Below are positions 1 to 13,975 of a stretch of 54,129 nt of DNA, piece by piece. This stretch comes from an uncultured Chitinophaga sp. (lineage in GTDB: Bacteria > Pseudomonadota > Gammaproteobacteria > Burkholderiales > Burkholderiaceae_C), in the NCBI GenBank assembly GCA_964547895.1, contig CAZJQH010000001.1, forward strand, positions 1 through 54,129, in the 5' to 3' direction. Position numbers and translations under genes: made by a program. The notes below the pieces were generated by a model that worked only from the letters and a program-made list of their open reading frames with translations, did not search any database and was not told where the DNA came from. Each line of letters begins with the position of its first letter. The first letter of the stretch is position 1.

Positions 1-647
1 GCCTGCCCAACGCGAAGAAGAAGGACTCGACCGGCATCTGCTTCATCGGCGAGCGGCCGTTCCGCGACTTCCTGAACCGCTACATCCAGAAGGAACCCGG
101 TCCGATCCGCGACGAGCAGGGCCGCGTGATCGGCCAGCATGTGGGCCTGAGCTTCTACACCCTGGGCCAGCGCCAGGGCCTGGGGATTGGCGGCGTCAAG
201 ACCGCCGGCGACGCGAAGGGCGGCAGCGAGCACCAGCCCTGGTTCGTCGCGCGCAAGGACATCGAGGGCAACACGCTCTGGGTGGTGCAGGGCCACGACC
301 ACCCCTGGCTGCTGTCGCCGCTGCTGCAGGCCGAGGACGCGAGCTGGGTCGCGGGCGAGCCGCCGGCGCCGGGCCGCTACGGCGCCAAGACCCGCTACCG
401 CCAGGCCGACGCGGCCTGCCTGCTGGCGCCCAACGGCGACGGCGCCTTCGCGCTCGGCTTCGACGAGCCGCAATGGGCGGTCACGCCAGGCCAGAGCGCG
501 GTCCTGTATGACGGCGATGTCTGCCTGGGCGGCGGCGTGATCCACAGCGCCAGCGCCACCGAGCTGCCGCTGCCCGCGATCGCGCCCGAGCCGGCAAAAC
601 GCAAGGGCAAGGGTAGGCGGCCGCAGGGCAAGACACCGGGCGGCTGA
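1..647 (+). CDS. mnmA: tRNA-specific 2-thiouridylase, 5'-truncated by window edge
   Basis: Frame from nt 3 reads [20 protein letters not shown]...[13 protein letters not shown]...AKTRYRQ...[24 protein letters not shown], which are MnmA signature motifs. Confidence 0.97.
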   Translation, partial: LPNAKKKDSTGICFIGERPFRDFLNRYIQKEPGPIRDEQGRVIGQHVGLSFYTLGQRQGLGIGGVKTAGDAKGGSEHQPWFVARKDIEGNTLWVVQGHDHPWLLSPLLQAEDASWVAGEPPAPGRYGAKTRYRQADAACLLAPNGDGAFALGFDEPQWAVTPGQSAVLYDGDVCLGGGVIHSASATELPLPAIAPEPAKRKGKGRRPQGKTPGG

Positions 648-720
648 GCCGTGCCAGCCACGGCGCATCCCGGCAGCAGCTGACCGCTGTTGGTTAGTTT
701 GTACGCCAGATCGGATACTG

Positions 721-4512
<3,792 letters not shown>

Positions 4513-4680
4513 ACAGCCAGCGGACCTGATTCGGATTTCTTGACCGACCGTCATTTTTTTCACCGGCCTGCTTAATATTTTTCAGTGGCCGCTTAGGGTT
4601 TACATGGATGCCTGACAGGCGGGGGGGACCCATAAGATCACTGCACTTCCCATCGATTCCACGCCACCAGGAGAAACTTA

Positions 4681-5763
4681 ATGGAACGTCGTAAATTCGT
4701 GCAGGGCGCCGGCATGGCCGGCATTCTGGCCGCTGGCGCAGCGCCGGCCATCGCCCAGGCCCAGCAGCAGATCCGCTGGCGCCTGGCCTCCAGTTTCCCG
4801 AAGTCGCTCGAGACCGTCTACGGCGCGAGCGAAGCCTTTGCCAAGTACGTGTCGGATGCGACCGGCGGCAAGTTCGTGATCTCGGTCCATCCGGCCGGCG
4901 AACTGGTGCCGGCCTTTGGCGTGGTGGACGCCGTGCAGCAGGGCACCATCGACTGTGCCCACACCGCGCCCTACTACTTCTTCGGCAAGGACGAGACCTT
5001 CGCGCTCGACTGCACCATCCCCTTCGGCATGAGCTCGCGCGCCATGACCGCCTGGATGTACGAGGGCAACGGCACGAAGCTGATGCGCGAGTTCTACGAG
5101 CAGTTCAACATCATCAACTTCCCCTGCGGCAACACCGGCACCCAGATGGGTGGCTGGTACCGCAAGGAGATCAAGTCGGTCAAGGACTTCGAGGGCCTGA
5201 AGATGCGCATCGGCGGCTTCGGTGGCCGCGTGCTGGCCAAGCTCGGCGCGGTGCCGCAGAACATCCCGGCCGGCGAAATCTACCAGTCGCTGGAAAAGGG
5301 CACCATCGACGCGGCCGAATGGATCGGCCCCTACGATGACCTGCGCCTGGGCCTGCACAAGGTCGCCAAGCACTACTACTTCCCGGCCTGGTGGGAGGGC
5401 AGCACCCAGTTCTCGGTCTACATCAACAGCAAGCAGTGGAACAGCCTGCCGGCCGAGTACAAGGCGATCGTCGAGCAGGCGGCCCGCGCCGCCCATGTCA
5501 CCTGCCAGGCGCGCTACGACAGCCGCAACCCGGGCTCGCTCAAGCAGCTGATCGCCGAGGGCGCCAAGCTGTCGCGCTTCCCGAAGGACTTCATGGACGC
5601 CGCGTTCAAGGCCTCGCGCGAGGTCTACGCCGAGCTGAACCAGAAGAACGCCAACTGGAAGAAGATCTACGCCGACTACAGCCGCTTCCTGGGCGACCAG
5701 GTGCGCTGGGAGGCCGTCGCCGAGAGCAACTATTCCCAGTACCTGGCGGCCCAGAAGCTGTGA
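4681..5763 (+). CDS. dctP: TRAP substrate-binding protein, TakP (2-oxoacid-binding)-like, Tat signal
   Basis: Twin-arginine leader MERRKFV; WRLASSFPKSL, HTAPYYFFGKD, GNTGTQMGGW, EWIGPYDD; RBS AGGAGA. Confidence 0.92.
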   Translation: MERRKFVQGAGMAGILAAGAAPAIAQAQQQIRWRLASSFPKSLETVYGASEAFAKYVSDATGGKFVISVHPAGELVPAFGVVDAVQQGTIDCAHTAPYYFFGKDETFALDCTIPFGMSSRAMTAWMYEGNGTKLMREFYEQFNIINFPCGNTGTQMGGWYRKEIKSVKDFEGLKMRIGGFGGRVLAKLGAVPQNIPAGEIYQSLEKGTIDAAEWIGPYDDLRLGLHKVAKHYYFPAWWEGSTQFSVYINSKQWNSLPAEYKAIVEQAARAAHVTCQARYDSRNPGSLKQLIAEGAKLSRFPKDFMDAAFKASREVYAELNQKNANWKKIYADYSRFLGDQVRWEAVAESNYSQYLAAQKL

Positions 5764-5836
5764 CGGGACGATCAGCGGGGACTGACCCTGTCACCCGCTG
5801 ATCGCCGGCCCAGGCCTTCAAGCATCTCATCCTTCC

Positions 5837-5876
5837 GCCGAGCGAAGCGCAGGCCTAGCTCGGCATTTTGTTTTTT
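5837..5876 (+). terminator. Hairpin + T-tract after dctP (partial terminator or mRNA-stabilising stem)
   Basis: GCCGAGC...GCTCGGC stem followed by ATTTTGTTTTTT. Confidence 0.5.
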
Positions 5877-5897
5877 GCAAGCTCAAAGGCGCTCCCC

Positions 5898-6491
5898 ATG
5901 GACACCCTACTTCGCTTGTCACGCATCATCGATGCCGTGAGCCGGTTCTTCGGCAAGTTCATCATCTGGCTGGTGCTGGCCGCGGCGCTGATCAGCGCCA
6001 GCAACGCGGTGGCGCGCAAGGCCTTCAACGTCGGCTCGAACGCCTTCCTCGAGATCCAGTGGTACCTGTTCGGCGCGGTCTTCCTGCTGGGCGCCGGCTA
6101 CACCTTCCTGCAGAACGCCCATGTCCGCATCGACGTGGTCGCCGGCAAGCTGTCGATGCGGGTGCGCACCTACATCGACATCGTCGGCATCCTGGTGTTC
6201 CTGCTCCCGATGTGCTGGTTCATGATCGAGTTTGCCTGGCCGGTCGTGGCCGGCGCCTACGCCTCGGGCGAGATGTCGTCCAACGCCGGCGGCCTGATCC
6301 GCTGGCCGGTCTACGCCCTGGTGCCGGCCGGCTTCGCGCTGCTCGGCCTGCAGGCGGTCTCGGAGCTGATCAAGCGCCTGGCCTTCCTGCAGGGCAAGGC
6401 GCCCAATCCGCTGCTCGAGGGCGGCCATGACGGCAATGCCGACTCGCAGAACCCGCCCCAACTTGATGCTGCCCAAGAGGTTCAGAAATGA
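5898..6491 (+). CDS. dctQ: TRAP small permease
   Basis: 4 TM segments, LEIQWYLFGAVFLLGAGYT...HVRIDV; ATG 5898; overlaps dctM start (ATGA). Confidence 0.92.
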   Translation: MDTLLRLSRIIDAVSRFFGKFIIWLVLAAALISASNAVARKAFNVGSNAFLEIQWYLFGAVFLLGAGYTFLQNAHVRIDVVAGKLSMRVRTYIDIVGILVFLLPMCWFMIEFAWPVVAGAYASGEMSSNAGGLIRWPVYALVPAGFALLGLQAVSELIKRLAFLQGKAPNPLLEGGHDGNADSQNPPQLDAAQEVQK

Positions 6492-8299
6492 TCGAACTCT
6501 TTACTGCGCACGCGCCCGAAATGATGTTCGGGTCGCTGCTGATGCTGCTGCTGACCGGCTTCCCGGTCGCGTTCGCGCTGGCCGCCTGCGGCCTGCTGTT
6601 CGGCTTTGCCGGCATCGAGCTCGGCCTGCTGCCGCCCAGCCTGTTCCAGGCGCTGCCGCTGCGGGTGATCGGCATCATCCAGAACGACACGCTGCTGGCG
6701 ATTCCCTTCTTCACGCTGATGGGGCTGGTGCTCGAGCGCAGCGGCATGGCCGAGGAGCTGCTCGACACCGTCGGCCAGGTGTTCGGCCCGATCCGCGGCG
6801 GCCTGGCGCTGGCGGTGATCTTCGTCGGCGCGCTGCTGGCGGCGACCACCGGCGTGGTGGCCGCGGCGGTGATCTCGATGGGCCTGATCTCGCTGCCGAT
6901 CATGCTGCGCTATGGCTACAGTCCGGCGGTGGCCAGCGGCGCCATCACGGCGTCGGGCACCCTGGCCCAGATCGTGCCGCCCTCGCTGGTGCTGATCGTG
7001 ATCGCCGACCAGCTCGGCCGCAGCGTCGGTGACCTCTACAAGGGCGCCTTCATCCCGGCCTTCATCCTGATCGGCCTCTATGTGCTGTTCATCATCGGCC
7101 TGGCGATCTTCAAGCCCGCCATGGTGCCGGCCCTGCCACCCGAGGCGCGCACCTACCGCGAGCCGGACGGCAGTTCGGGCATGCGCTCGCTCGGCGTCTT
7201 CACCCTGTTCGTCACGGTCGTGGCCGTCTTGTTCGGCCTCTACTACGGCGAGATCCTGTCCGCCTTCAAGGGCAGCGAAGTCACGCCGGCGACGGACGAG
7301 GTCATCGTGGTCGCGCTCACCGGTGGCACCCTGTTCGCCTGGCTGGCCGCGATGATCAACAAGCTCACCGGCCTGGGCCTGCTGTCGCGCATCACCGAAC
7401 GCGTCACCTTCGTGCTGATCCCGCCGCTGGCGCTGATCTTCCTGGTGCTGGGCACCATCTTCCTCGGCGTCGCGACCCCGACCGAAGGCGGCGCGATGGG
7501 CGCGGTCGGCGGCATGATCATGGCGTTCTCGCGCGGCAAGCTCGACATGGCGCAGCTCAGGCAGGGCCTGGAATCCACCGCCAGGCTGTCCTGCTTCGTG
7601 CTGTTCATCCTGATCGGCTCGACCATCTTCAGCTTCACCTTCACCGCGATCGACGGCCCGGTCTGGGTCGAGCACCTGTTCGACAAGCTGCCCGGCGGCG
7701 AGATCGGCTTCCTGGTGTTCGTCAACACGGTGATCTTCTTCCTCGGCTTCTTCATCGACTTCTTCGAGATCGCCTTCATCCTGATCCCGCTGCTGGCGCC
7801 GGTGGCCGACAAGCTCGGCATCGACCTGGTCTGGTTCGGCGTGCTGCTGGCGATGAACCTGCAGACCTCCTTCCTGACCCCGCCGTTCGGCTTCGCGCTG
7901 TTCTACCTGCGCAGCGTGGCGCCGGCCAAGGACTTCATCGACCGCGTGACCAGCAAGCGCGTGGCCGGCGTCAAGACCATGGACATCTACCGCGGCTCGA
8001 TCCCCTTCGTGTTCATGCAGCTGGTGATGGTGGTGGTGCTGATGGTGTTCCCGGGCCTGGTGACCTTCACGCTGGACAAGAAGGTCGAGGTCAACCTGGA
8101 CACGATCGAGATCACGGTCGAGGGCGATGCCGGCGGCAAGGCCGAGGGCGACGGCGGCTGGGGCGCGCAGGGCGACAGCTTCGGCGGCGCGGCCGAGGGC
8201 CAGCCCGCCACGGGCACGGACGCCCCTGCAGGCGGCGCCGGCAGCGCGGGCGAGGCCGGCTCCGGCAATGACGGCGGCACGCCGCAACGCGGCTGGTGA
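6488..8299 (+). CDS. dctM: TRAP large permease with a Gly/acidic C-terminal tail
   Basis: LLAIPFFTLMG, GTLAQIVPPS, ATPTEGGAMG, QTSFLTPPFGFALFYL. Confidence 0.93.
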   Translation: MIELFTAHAPEMMFGSLLMLLLTGFPVAFALAACGLLFGFAGIELGLLPPSLFQALPLRVIGIIQNDTLLAIPFFTLMGLVLERSGMAEELLDTVGQVFGPIRGGLALAVIFVGALLAATTGVVAAAVISMGLISLPIMLRYGYSPAVASGAITASGTLAQIVPPSLVLIVIADQLGRSVGDLYKGAFIPAFILIGLYVLFIIGLAIFKPAMVPALPPEARTYREPDGSSGMRSLGVFTLFVTVVAVLFGLYYGEILSAFKGSEVTPATDEVIVVALTGGTLFAWLAAMINKLTGLGLLSRITERVTFVLIPPLALIFLVLGTIFLGVATPTEGGAMGAVGGMIMAFSRGKLDMAQLRQGLESTARLSCFVLFILIGSTIFSFTFTAIDGPVWVEHLFDKLPGGEIGFLVFVNTVIFFLGFFIDFFEIAFILIPLLAPVADKLGIDLVWFGVLLAMNLQTSFLTPPFGFALFYLRSVAPAKDFIDRVTSKRVAGVKTMDIYRGSIPFVFMQLVMVVVLMVFPGLVTFTLDKKVEVNLDTIEITVEGDAGGKAEGDGGWGAQGDSFGGAAEGQPATGTDAPAGGAGSAGEAGSGNDGGTPQRGW

Positions 8300-8305
8300 G
8301 GCGAG

Positions 8306-9892
8306 ATGATCCATGCCCTCAAGGCCCTGGGCGGCATGCAGGTCGCGCCGCATCACCTGGCCGCCCAGGCCGGCCGTGACGTGCTGCGCGACGGCGGCAA
8401 CGCCGTCGAAGCCATGGTGGCGGCGGCGGCGACCATCGCCGTGGTCTATCCACACATGAACGCGATCGGCGGCGACGGCTTCTGGCTGATCCACGAGCCC
8501 GGCCAGGCACCGGTCGCAATCGATGCCTGCGGTCCTGCGGCGGCACTGGCCAGCCGCGACTTCTACGCCGGACTGGACGCGATCCCGCCGCGCGGCGCCA
8601 CTGCGGCCCTCACCGTGGCCGGCACGGTAGGCGGCTGGCAGCGCGCGCTCGAACTGGCGTCGGCCTGGGGCCCGGCGCTGCCGCTGCCCCGCCTGCTGCA
8701 GGACGCGATCCGCCATGCGCAGGATGGCGTCGTCGTGACCAGCAGCCAGTCGACGCTGACACGCGCCAAGCTGGCAGGGCTGAAGGATGCGCCGGGCTTC
8801 GCCCAGGCCTACCTGGTCAACGGCGAAGCCCCGGCGCCTGGCCATCTGCTGCGCCAGCCGGCGCTGGGCCGTACCCTGGGCCAGCTCGCCGAGCGCGGCC
8901 TGGACGACTTCTACCGCGGCGAGCTCGCGCAGCGCATCGGCGCCGAGCTCGAGCGTCTCGGCAGCCCGCTGCGCGGCACCGACCTGGCCGCCTACCGGGC
9001 CCAGCTAGTCGAGCCGCTGGCGGTGCGCCTGGGCGACAGCACCGTCTACAACCTGCCGCCGCCGACGCAGGGGCTTGCCGCGCTGATGATCCTGGGCCTG
9101 TTCGAGCGCCTGGGCGTGAGCCAGGGCGAGGGCTTCGCCCATGTCCACGGGCTGGTGGAGGCCACCAAGCGCGCCTTCCGGGTGCGCGACCGCGTCGTCA
9201 CCGACCCGGGCCGCCTGCCGGCCGACCCGCGCGGCTTCCTGCAGCCCGAGGCTCTGGCAGCACTGGCGGCCCAGATCGACCCACATCGGGCCCTGCCCTG
9301 GCCCGATCCGGCCAGCCCGGGCGACACCATCTGGATGGGAGCGGTCGACCGGCAGGGCCGCGCGGTGAGCTTCATCCAGAGCGTGTACTGGGAATTCGGC
9401 TCGGGCACGGTGCTGCAGGACAGCGGCATCTGCTGGCAGAACCGGGGCATCAGCTTCTCGCTCGACCCGAAGGCGCTGAACTGCCTGGAGCCGGGTCGCA
9501 AGCCCTTCCACACCCTGAATCCGTCGCTGGCGCTGTTCGACGACGGCCGGGTCATGCCCTACGGCACCATGGGCGGCGAGGGCCAGCCCCAGACGCAGGC
9601 GGCGGTGTTCACCCGCTACGCCCGCTTTGGCCAGGGCCTGCAGCAGGCCGTGACGGCACCGCGCTGGCTGCTGGGCCGCACCTGGGGCGACGTCAGCACC
9701 ACGCTCAAGCTGGAGCAGCGCTTCGACCCGGCGCTGGTGCAGGCCCTGCGCGACGCGGGCCATCTGGTCGAGCTGCTGCCCGAGGACTTCAGCGACACCA
9801 TGGGCCATGCCGGCGCGCTGGTGCGCCACCCCGACGGCGTGATCGAGGGCGCGGTCGATCCGCGCAGCGACGGGGTCGTGGCCGCCGTCTGA
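8306..9892 (+). CDS. Gamma-glutamyltransferase-family Ntn hydrolase, HpxW (oxamate amidohydrolase)-like
   Basis: 528 aa; APHHLA, GGNAVEAMVAAAATIAVVYPHMNAIGGDGFWLI, nucleophile site GDTIWMG, SFIQSVYWEFGSG, PFHTLNP, MGGEGQPQTQ, PRWLLGRTWG, DPRSDG; no signal peptide. Confidence 0.85.
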   Translation: MIHALKALGGMQVAPHHLAAQAGRDVLRDGGNAVEAMVAAAATIAVVYPHMNAIGGDGFWLIHEPGQAPVAIDACGPAAALASRDFYAGLDAIPPRGATAALTVAGTVGGWQRALELASAWGPALPLPRLLQDAIRHAQDGVVVTSSQSTLTRAKLAGLKDAPGFAQAYLVNGEAPAPGHLLRQPALGRTLGQLAERGLDDFYRGELAQRIGAELERLGSPLRGTDLAAYRAQLVEPLAVRLGDSTVYNLPPPTQGLAALMILGLFERLGVSQGEGFAHVHGLVEATKRAFRVRDRVVTDPGRLPADPRGFLQPEALAALAAQIDPHRALPWPDPASPGDTIWMGAVDRQGRAVSFIQSVYWEFGSGTVLQDSGICWQNRGISFSLDPKALNCLEPGRKPFHTLNPSLALFDDGRVMPYGTMGGEGQPQTQAAVFTRYARFGQGLQQAVTAPRWLLGRTWGDVSTTLKLEQRFDPALVQALRDAGHLVELLPEDFSDTMGHAGALVRHPDGVIEGAVDPRSDGVVAAV

Positions 9893-9900
9893 GGCTGGGC

Positions 9901-10818
9901 TTACGCCACGCTGCCGGCCAGCGCCGCCTGCAGCATGTCGATGAAGACCCGGGTGCGCGCGGGCATCAGCTTGCGGCCCGGAAACACCGCCCAGGCCGGA
10001 TGCGGCGGCAACTGCCAATCGGGCAGCACGCGGCGCAGCTCACCGCGCTGCAGCATCGGAGCCGCAAACCAGTCCGGCACGGCCGCGATGCCGGCACCGG
10101 CACGCGCCATGCGGATCAGGAATTCGGGCGAGTTGGCACTGACCCGCCCCGGCGGCAGGCCCTGCCAGGCCTGATCGCCGCAGCGCAGCACCCAGGGCGC
10201 GGGCTCGCCGCGGCGGCCCAGCAGGCGCACCGCCTGGTGCCGCAGCAGCTCCTCCGGGCAGGTCGGGTCGCCATGCTCGGCCAGGTAGCCGGGCGCGGCG
10301 TAGAGCCCGTTGCTGAACACGGTGAGCCGACGCGCCGCCAGCGAGGCGTCGTCGGGCAGCTCGCCCATGCGCAGCGCGACGTCGAAGCCCTCGGCCAGCA
10401 GGTCGACCCGGCGCGGCGACAGGTCGAGCTCGAGCGTGATCGCCGGATGCAGCGCGCAGAAGGCCGCCAGCGTGTCGGCCAGCAGCAGGTTGGCGAAGTC
10501 GCTCGGCATCGAGACCCGCAGCCGCCCGCTCGGCGCGGCCTGGCGCTGCTCGCGCAGCGCGGCGACCGCCTCGACCTCCAGCACCACCTGGCGCGCATGC
10601 TCCAGCAGCAGCTGGCCGAAGTCGGTCAGCTGCTGACGCCGCGTGGTGCGCTGCAGCAGGCGCTCGCCCAGCAGCGTCTCGAGCGCGGCCAGCCGGCGCG
10701 AGACGGTCGACTTCGGCAGCCCGAGTCGCTCGGCCGCGCGGCTGAAGCTGCCGAGCTCGGCCACGCGCGCGAACAGAAGCAGGTCGTTGGGTTCGATCGC
10801 GGCAGATTGTTCCATCAT
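9901..10818 (-). CDS. LysR-family regulator (CrgA/DmlR-like), divergent from azoR
   Basis: HTH LLLFARVAELGSFSRAAERLGLPKSTVSRRLAALE; VDLLAEGFDVALR; start ATG at 10818 or 10815. Confidence 0.93.
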   Translation of the reverse strand: MMEQSAAIEPNDLLLFARVAELGSFSRAAERLGLPKSTVSRRLAALETLLGERLLQRTTRRQQLTDFGQLLLEHARQVVLEVEAVAALREQRQAAPSGRLRVSMPSDFANLLLADTLAAFCALHPAITLELDLSPRRVDLLAEGFDVALRMGELPDDASLAARRLTVFSNGLYAAPGYLAEHGDPTCPEELLRHQAVRLLGRRGEPAPWVLRCGDQAWQGLPPGRVSANSPEFLIRMARAGAGIAAVPDWFAAPMLQRGELRRVLPDWQLPPHPAWAVFPGRKLMPARTRVFIDMLQAALAGSVA

Positions 10819-10827
10819 AGGAACAAT
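10806..10827. promoter_or_regulatory. Perfect 8-bp inverted repeat, probable LysR operator
   Basis: ATTGTTCC-ATCATA-GGAACAAT in the lysR/azoR divergent region, covering the predicted lysR start. Confidence 0.6.
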
Positions 10828-10907
10828 GATATCCATCCAGACAGATTTACAGCAATGCAGGCAACAAATACAGTAGAGCCATTCCCTCCCCACACAAGGA
10901 ACAGACC

Positions 10908-11510
10908 ATGAAGATCCTGCAAGTCAACGCCAGCGCCCGCCGTGACGGTGCCAACTCGACCAAGCTGGCCAACCGCGTCACCGAGCGCCTGCTGGCCGCC
11001 AACCCGGGCGCGACCGTGACCGTACGTGACCTGGCCGCCGAGCCGCTGCCGGTGCTGGACGAGGTCGCGCTGGGCGCCCTGTTCACCCCGGCCGAGCAGC
11101 GCAGCGCCGAGCAGGCCGCGCTGGCCGCGCGCTTCGACGCCGCCATCGCCGAGCTGCAGGCCCACGACGCCATCGTGCTGGGCGTGGCGATGTACAACTT
11201 CGGCGTCACCGTGCAGCTCAAGTCCTGGATCGACGCGATTGCCCGCGCCGGCGTCACCTTCAAGTACACCGAGACCGGCCCGGTCGGCCTGGTCGAGGGC
11301 AAGACCGTCTACGCTGCCTGCGCGCGCGGCGGCATCTACCGCGGCACCCCGAACGACAGCCAGACCCCCTACCTGAAGTCGGTGCTGGGTTTCCTGGGCA
11401 TGAAGGACGTGCACTTCGTCTACGCCGAAGGCCTGAACATGGGCCCGGACGCCGCCGCCCAGGGCTTCGCCCAGGCCGAGGCCGATCTGGAAGCCGCGCT
11501 GGCCGCCTGA
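10908..11510 (+). CDS. azoR: FMN-dependent NADH-azoreductase
   Basis: [11 protein letters not shown]...[47 protein letters not shown]. Confidence 0.93.
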   Translation: MKILQVNASARRDGANSTKLANRVTERLLAANPGATVTVRDLAAEPLPVLDEVALGALFTPAEQRSAEQAALAARFDAAIAELQAHDAIVLGVAMYNFGVTVQLKSWIDAIARAGVTFKYTETGPVGLVEGKTVYAACARGGIYRGTPNDSQTPYLKSVLGFLGMKDVHFVYAEGLNMGPDAAAQGFAQAEADLEAALAA

Positions 11511-11581
11511 TCCCATCCCTTGAACGTCGACGCAGGGCCTGGCCATCCGGGCGAGGCCCTGCCATCAGGAAAGCGCCGAAC

Positions 11582-12454
11582 ATGAACCCGAACGCCACCC
11601 CCGCCAACGTCGTCAGCCAGCCGCGCCGCATCGAGCGCCTGGTCGCCGGCCGCCCGACCTCGGACGGCGCCGGCGTCAAGCTGACCCGCGTGCTGACCCA
11701 GGACCTGCAGCGCCGGCTCGACCCTTTCCTGATGCTCGACGCCTTCGGCAGCGAGAACCCGGACGACTACATCGCGGGCTTTCCCGACCATCCGCACCGC
11801 GGCTTCGAGACCGTGACCTACATGATCGCCGGCCGCATGCTGCACCGCGACAGCGCGGGCAACGAGGGCCTGCTGCAGAACGGCGACGTGCAGTGGATGA
11901 CCGCCGGCCGCGGCGTGATCCATTCCGAGATCCCGCAGCAGGAGGAAGGCGTGATGGAAGGCTTCCAGCTCTGGCTCAACCTGCCGGCGCGCGACAAGAT
12001 GAACCCGCCCTGGTACCGCGACATCGCCAACGCCGAGCTGCCCCAATTCACCACGCCGGAGGGCGCGAAGGTGACGGTGATCGCGGGCAAGAGCCATGGC
12101 GTGACCGGTGCGGTGACGCGCGAAGCCACCGCACCGCTCTACCTGGATCTGCACCTGCCGGCCGGCTCCAGCTTCGAGCAGGCGCTGCCCGAGGGCCACA
12201 ATGCCTTCTTCTATGTCTATCGCGGTGCGGTCACGGTGGACGGCCAGGCCGTGCCGGCCCAGCGCATGGCCATCCTGGCCAACGAGCCCGGCGCCGACGG
12301 CGTGCGGATCGAGGCGAGCGAGGACGCCAAGGTGATCCTGATCGCGGGCCGGCCTCTCAACGAGCCGATCGCGCAGTACGGCCCCTTCGTGATGAACACC
12401 GAGGCCGAGATCTACCAGGCGATCCAGGATTTCCGGGCGGGCAAGCTGGGCTGA
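11582..12454 (+). CDS. Pirin family protein
   Basis: DPFLMLD, GFPDHPHRGFETVTY, QWMTAGRGVIHSE, QLWLNLP, YGPFVMN. Confidence 0.95.
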   Translation: MNPNATPANVVSQPRRIERLVAGRPTSDGAGVKLTRVLTQDLQRRLDPFLMLDAFGSENPDDYIAGFPDHPHRGFETVTYMIAGRMLHRDSAGNEGLLQNGDVQWMTAGRGVIHSEIPQQEEGVMEGFQLWLNLPARDKMNPPWYRDIANAELPQFTTPEGAKVTVIAGKSHGVTGAVTREATAPLYLDLHLPAGSSFEQALPEGHNAFFYVYRGAVTVDGQAVPAQRMAILANEPGADGVRIEASEDAKVILIAGRPLNEPIAQYGPFVMNTEAEIYQAIQDFRAGKLG

Positions 12455-12497
12455 GACTCAGGCGCAGGGCACCGGATCCCGTCGGTATCCCTCCCGG

Positions 12498-12532
12498 AAA
12501 AAAGCCAGCGGCCGCAAGGTGCGCTGGCTTTT
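12498..12532. terminator. Intrinsic (probably bidirectional) terminator after pirin
   Basis: AAAAGCCAGCG...CGCTGGCTTTT stem flanked by A and T tracts. Confidence 0.75.
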
Positions 12533-12559
12533 GGCTTTCATGCAGGCTGCACCACGGGT

Positions 12560-12596
12560 AAACGTTGATGACAAAACATCAACGTTTTATTAACAT
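12560..12596. promoter_or_regulatory. Operator-like palindrome upstream of sstT, shared with the MarR/TRAP promoter
   Basis: AAACGTTGATG-ACAAAA-CATCAACGTTT perfect 11-bp inverted repeat; 12565-12596 matches 23527-23558 at 27/32 positions. Confidence 0.7.
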
Positions 12597-12736
12597 ATTG
12601 CACTCCCGACGGACTGGCCACGACATGTTGCCAGCCCATCGCCCACCGCTGCGCGCAGGACAACCCTGCGCGCGGCTTCAAAGCCCCACCAGGGCCTTCT
12701 GCAACCCCAATGCCTCATCCACGAGGTGACACTCCG

Positions 12737-13975
12737 ATGACCACAGCCACTCCCTCGGCTCTGCAGCGCCTGCTGCGACTGAGCCTCATCTCCCAGATCG
12801 CGATCGGCCTGATGCTGGGCATCGCCCTCGCGCTGATCGCGCCAGGCGCCACCCCGTCGGTCGCCCTGCTTGGCGACCTCTTCATCGCGGCACTCAAGGC
12901 GGTTGCCCCGGTGCTGGTCCTGCTGCTGGTGGCGTCTGCGATCGCCAACCATGACCTGGGCCAGCCGACCCATATCCGCCCGGTGCTGGTGCTCTACCTC
13001 CTCGGGACTCTGGCTGCGGCGCTGGTCGCGGTGTTCGCCAGCCTGGCCTTCCCGTCCACCCTGGTGCTGGACGCGCCCAAGATCAGCGGCACGCCGCCCG
13101 GCGGCATCGTCGGAGTGCTGAAGAACCTGCTGCTGAGCGCGGTCTCCAACCCGGTCAAGGCGCTGATGGAGGCCAACTTCATCGGCATCCTGGCCTGGGC
13201 GATCGGCCTGGGCGTGGCGCTGCGCCATGCCAGCGAGACGACGCGCACCGCGCTGACAGACGTCGCCAACGCGGTCTCGTCCATCGTGCACATCGTGATC
13301 CGCTTCGCCCCGCTGGGCATCTTCGGCCTGGTCGCTGCCACCCTGAGCGAGGCCGGCCTGGACGCCCTGCTGGGCTACGGCCACCTGCTGCTGGTCATCG
13401 TGGGCTGCATGCTGTTCGTCGCGCTGGTCATCAACCCGCTGTTCGTGTTCTGGAAGCTGGGCCGCAACCCCTACCCGCTGGTGCTGACCTGCCTGCGCGA
13501 AAGCGGCGTGACCGCCTTCTTCACCCGCAGCTCGGCGGCCAATATCCCGGTCAACCTGGCACTGTGCAAGCGCCTGGGCCTGCACGCGGACACCTATTCG
13601 ATCTCGATCCCGCTCGGCGCCACCATCAACATGGCCGGCGCAGCCATCACCATCACGGTGATGTCGCTGGCCGCCGCCAACACGCTGGGCATCCAGGTCG
13701 ACCTGGCCAGCGCGCTGCTGCTGAGCATCGTCTCCAGCCTGGCGGCCTGTGGCGCGTCTGGCGTGGCCGGTGGCTCCCTGCTGCTGATCCCGATGGCCTG
13801 CGCGCTGCTCGGCATCGATGCCAATGCCGCGATGCAGGTGGTGGCGATCGGCTTCGTCATCAGCGTGGTGCAGGATTCGGCCGAGACCGCGCTGAACTCC
13901 TCGACCGACGTGATCTTCACCGCGGCCGGCTCCGCCTCCGCGACCGGCGAGGCCATCCAGCTGGAGCGCGCCTGA
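12737..13975 (+). CDS. sstT: Serine/threonine:Na+ symporter (DAACS family)
   Basis: [82 protein letters not shown]. Confidence 0.93.
   Translation: MTTATPSALQRLLRLSLISQIAIGLMLGIALALIAPGATPSVALLGDLFIAALKAVAPVLVLLLVASAIANHDLGQPTHIRPVLVLYLLGTLAAALVAVFASLAFPSTLVLDAPKISGTPPGGIVGVLKNLLLSAVSNPVKALMEANFIGILAWAIGLGVALRHASETTRTALTDVANAVSSIVHIVIRFAPLGIFGLVAATLSEAGLDALLGYGHLLLVIVGCMLFVALVINPLFVFWKLGRNPYPLVLTCLRESGVTAFFTRSSAANIPVNLALCKRLGLHADTYSISIPLGATINMAGAAITITVMSLAAANTLGIQVDLASALLLSIVSSLAACGASGVAGGSLLLIPMACALLGIDANAAMQVVAIGFVISVVQDSAETALNSSTDVIFTAAGSASATGEAIQLERA

Noticed and set aside
560..647. Basic Pro/Lys-rich C-terminal extension of MnmA
   Set aside because: Short, low-complexity and probably lineage-variable; no functional evidence
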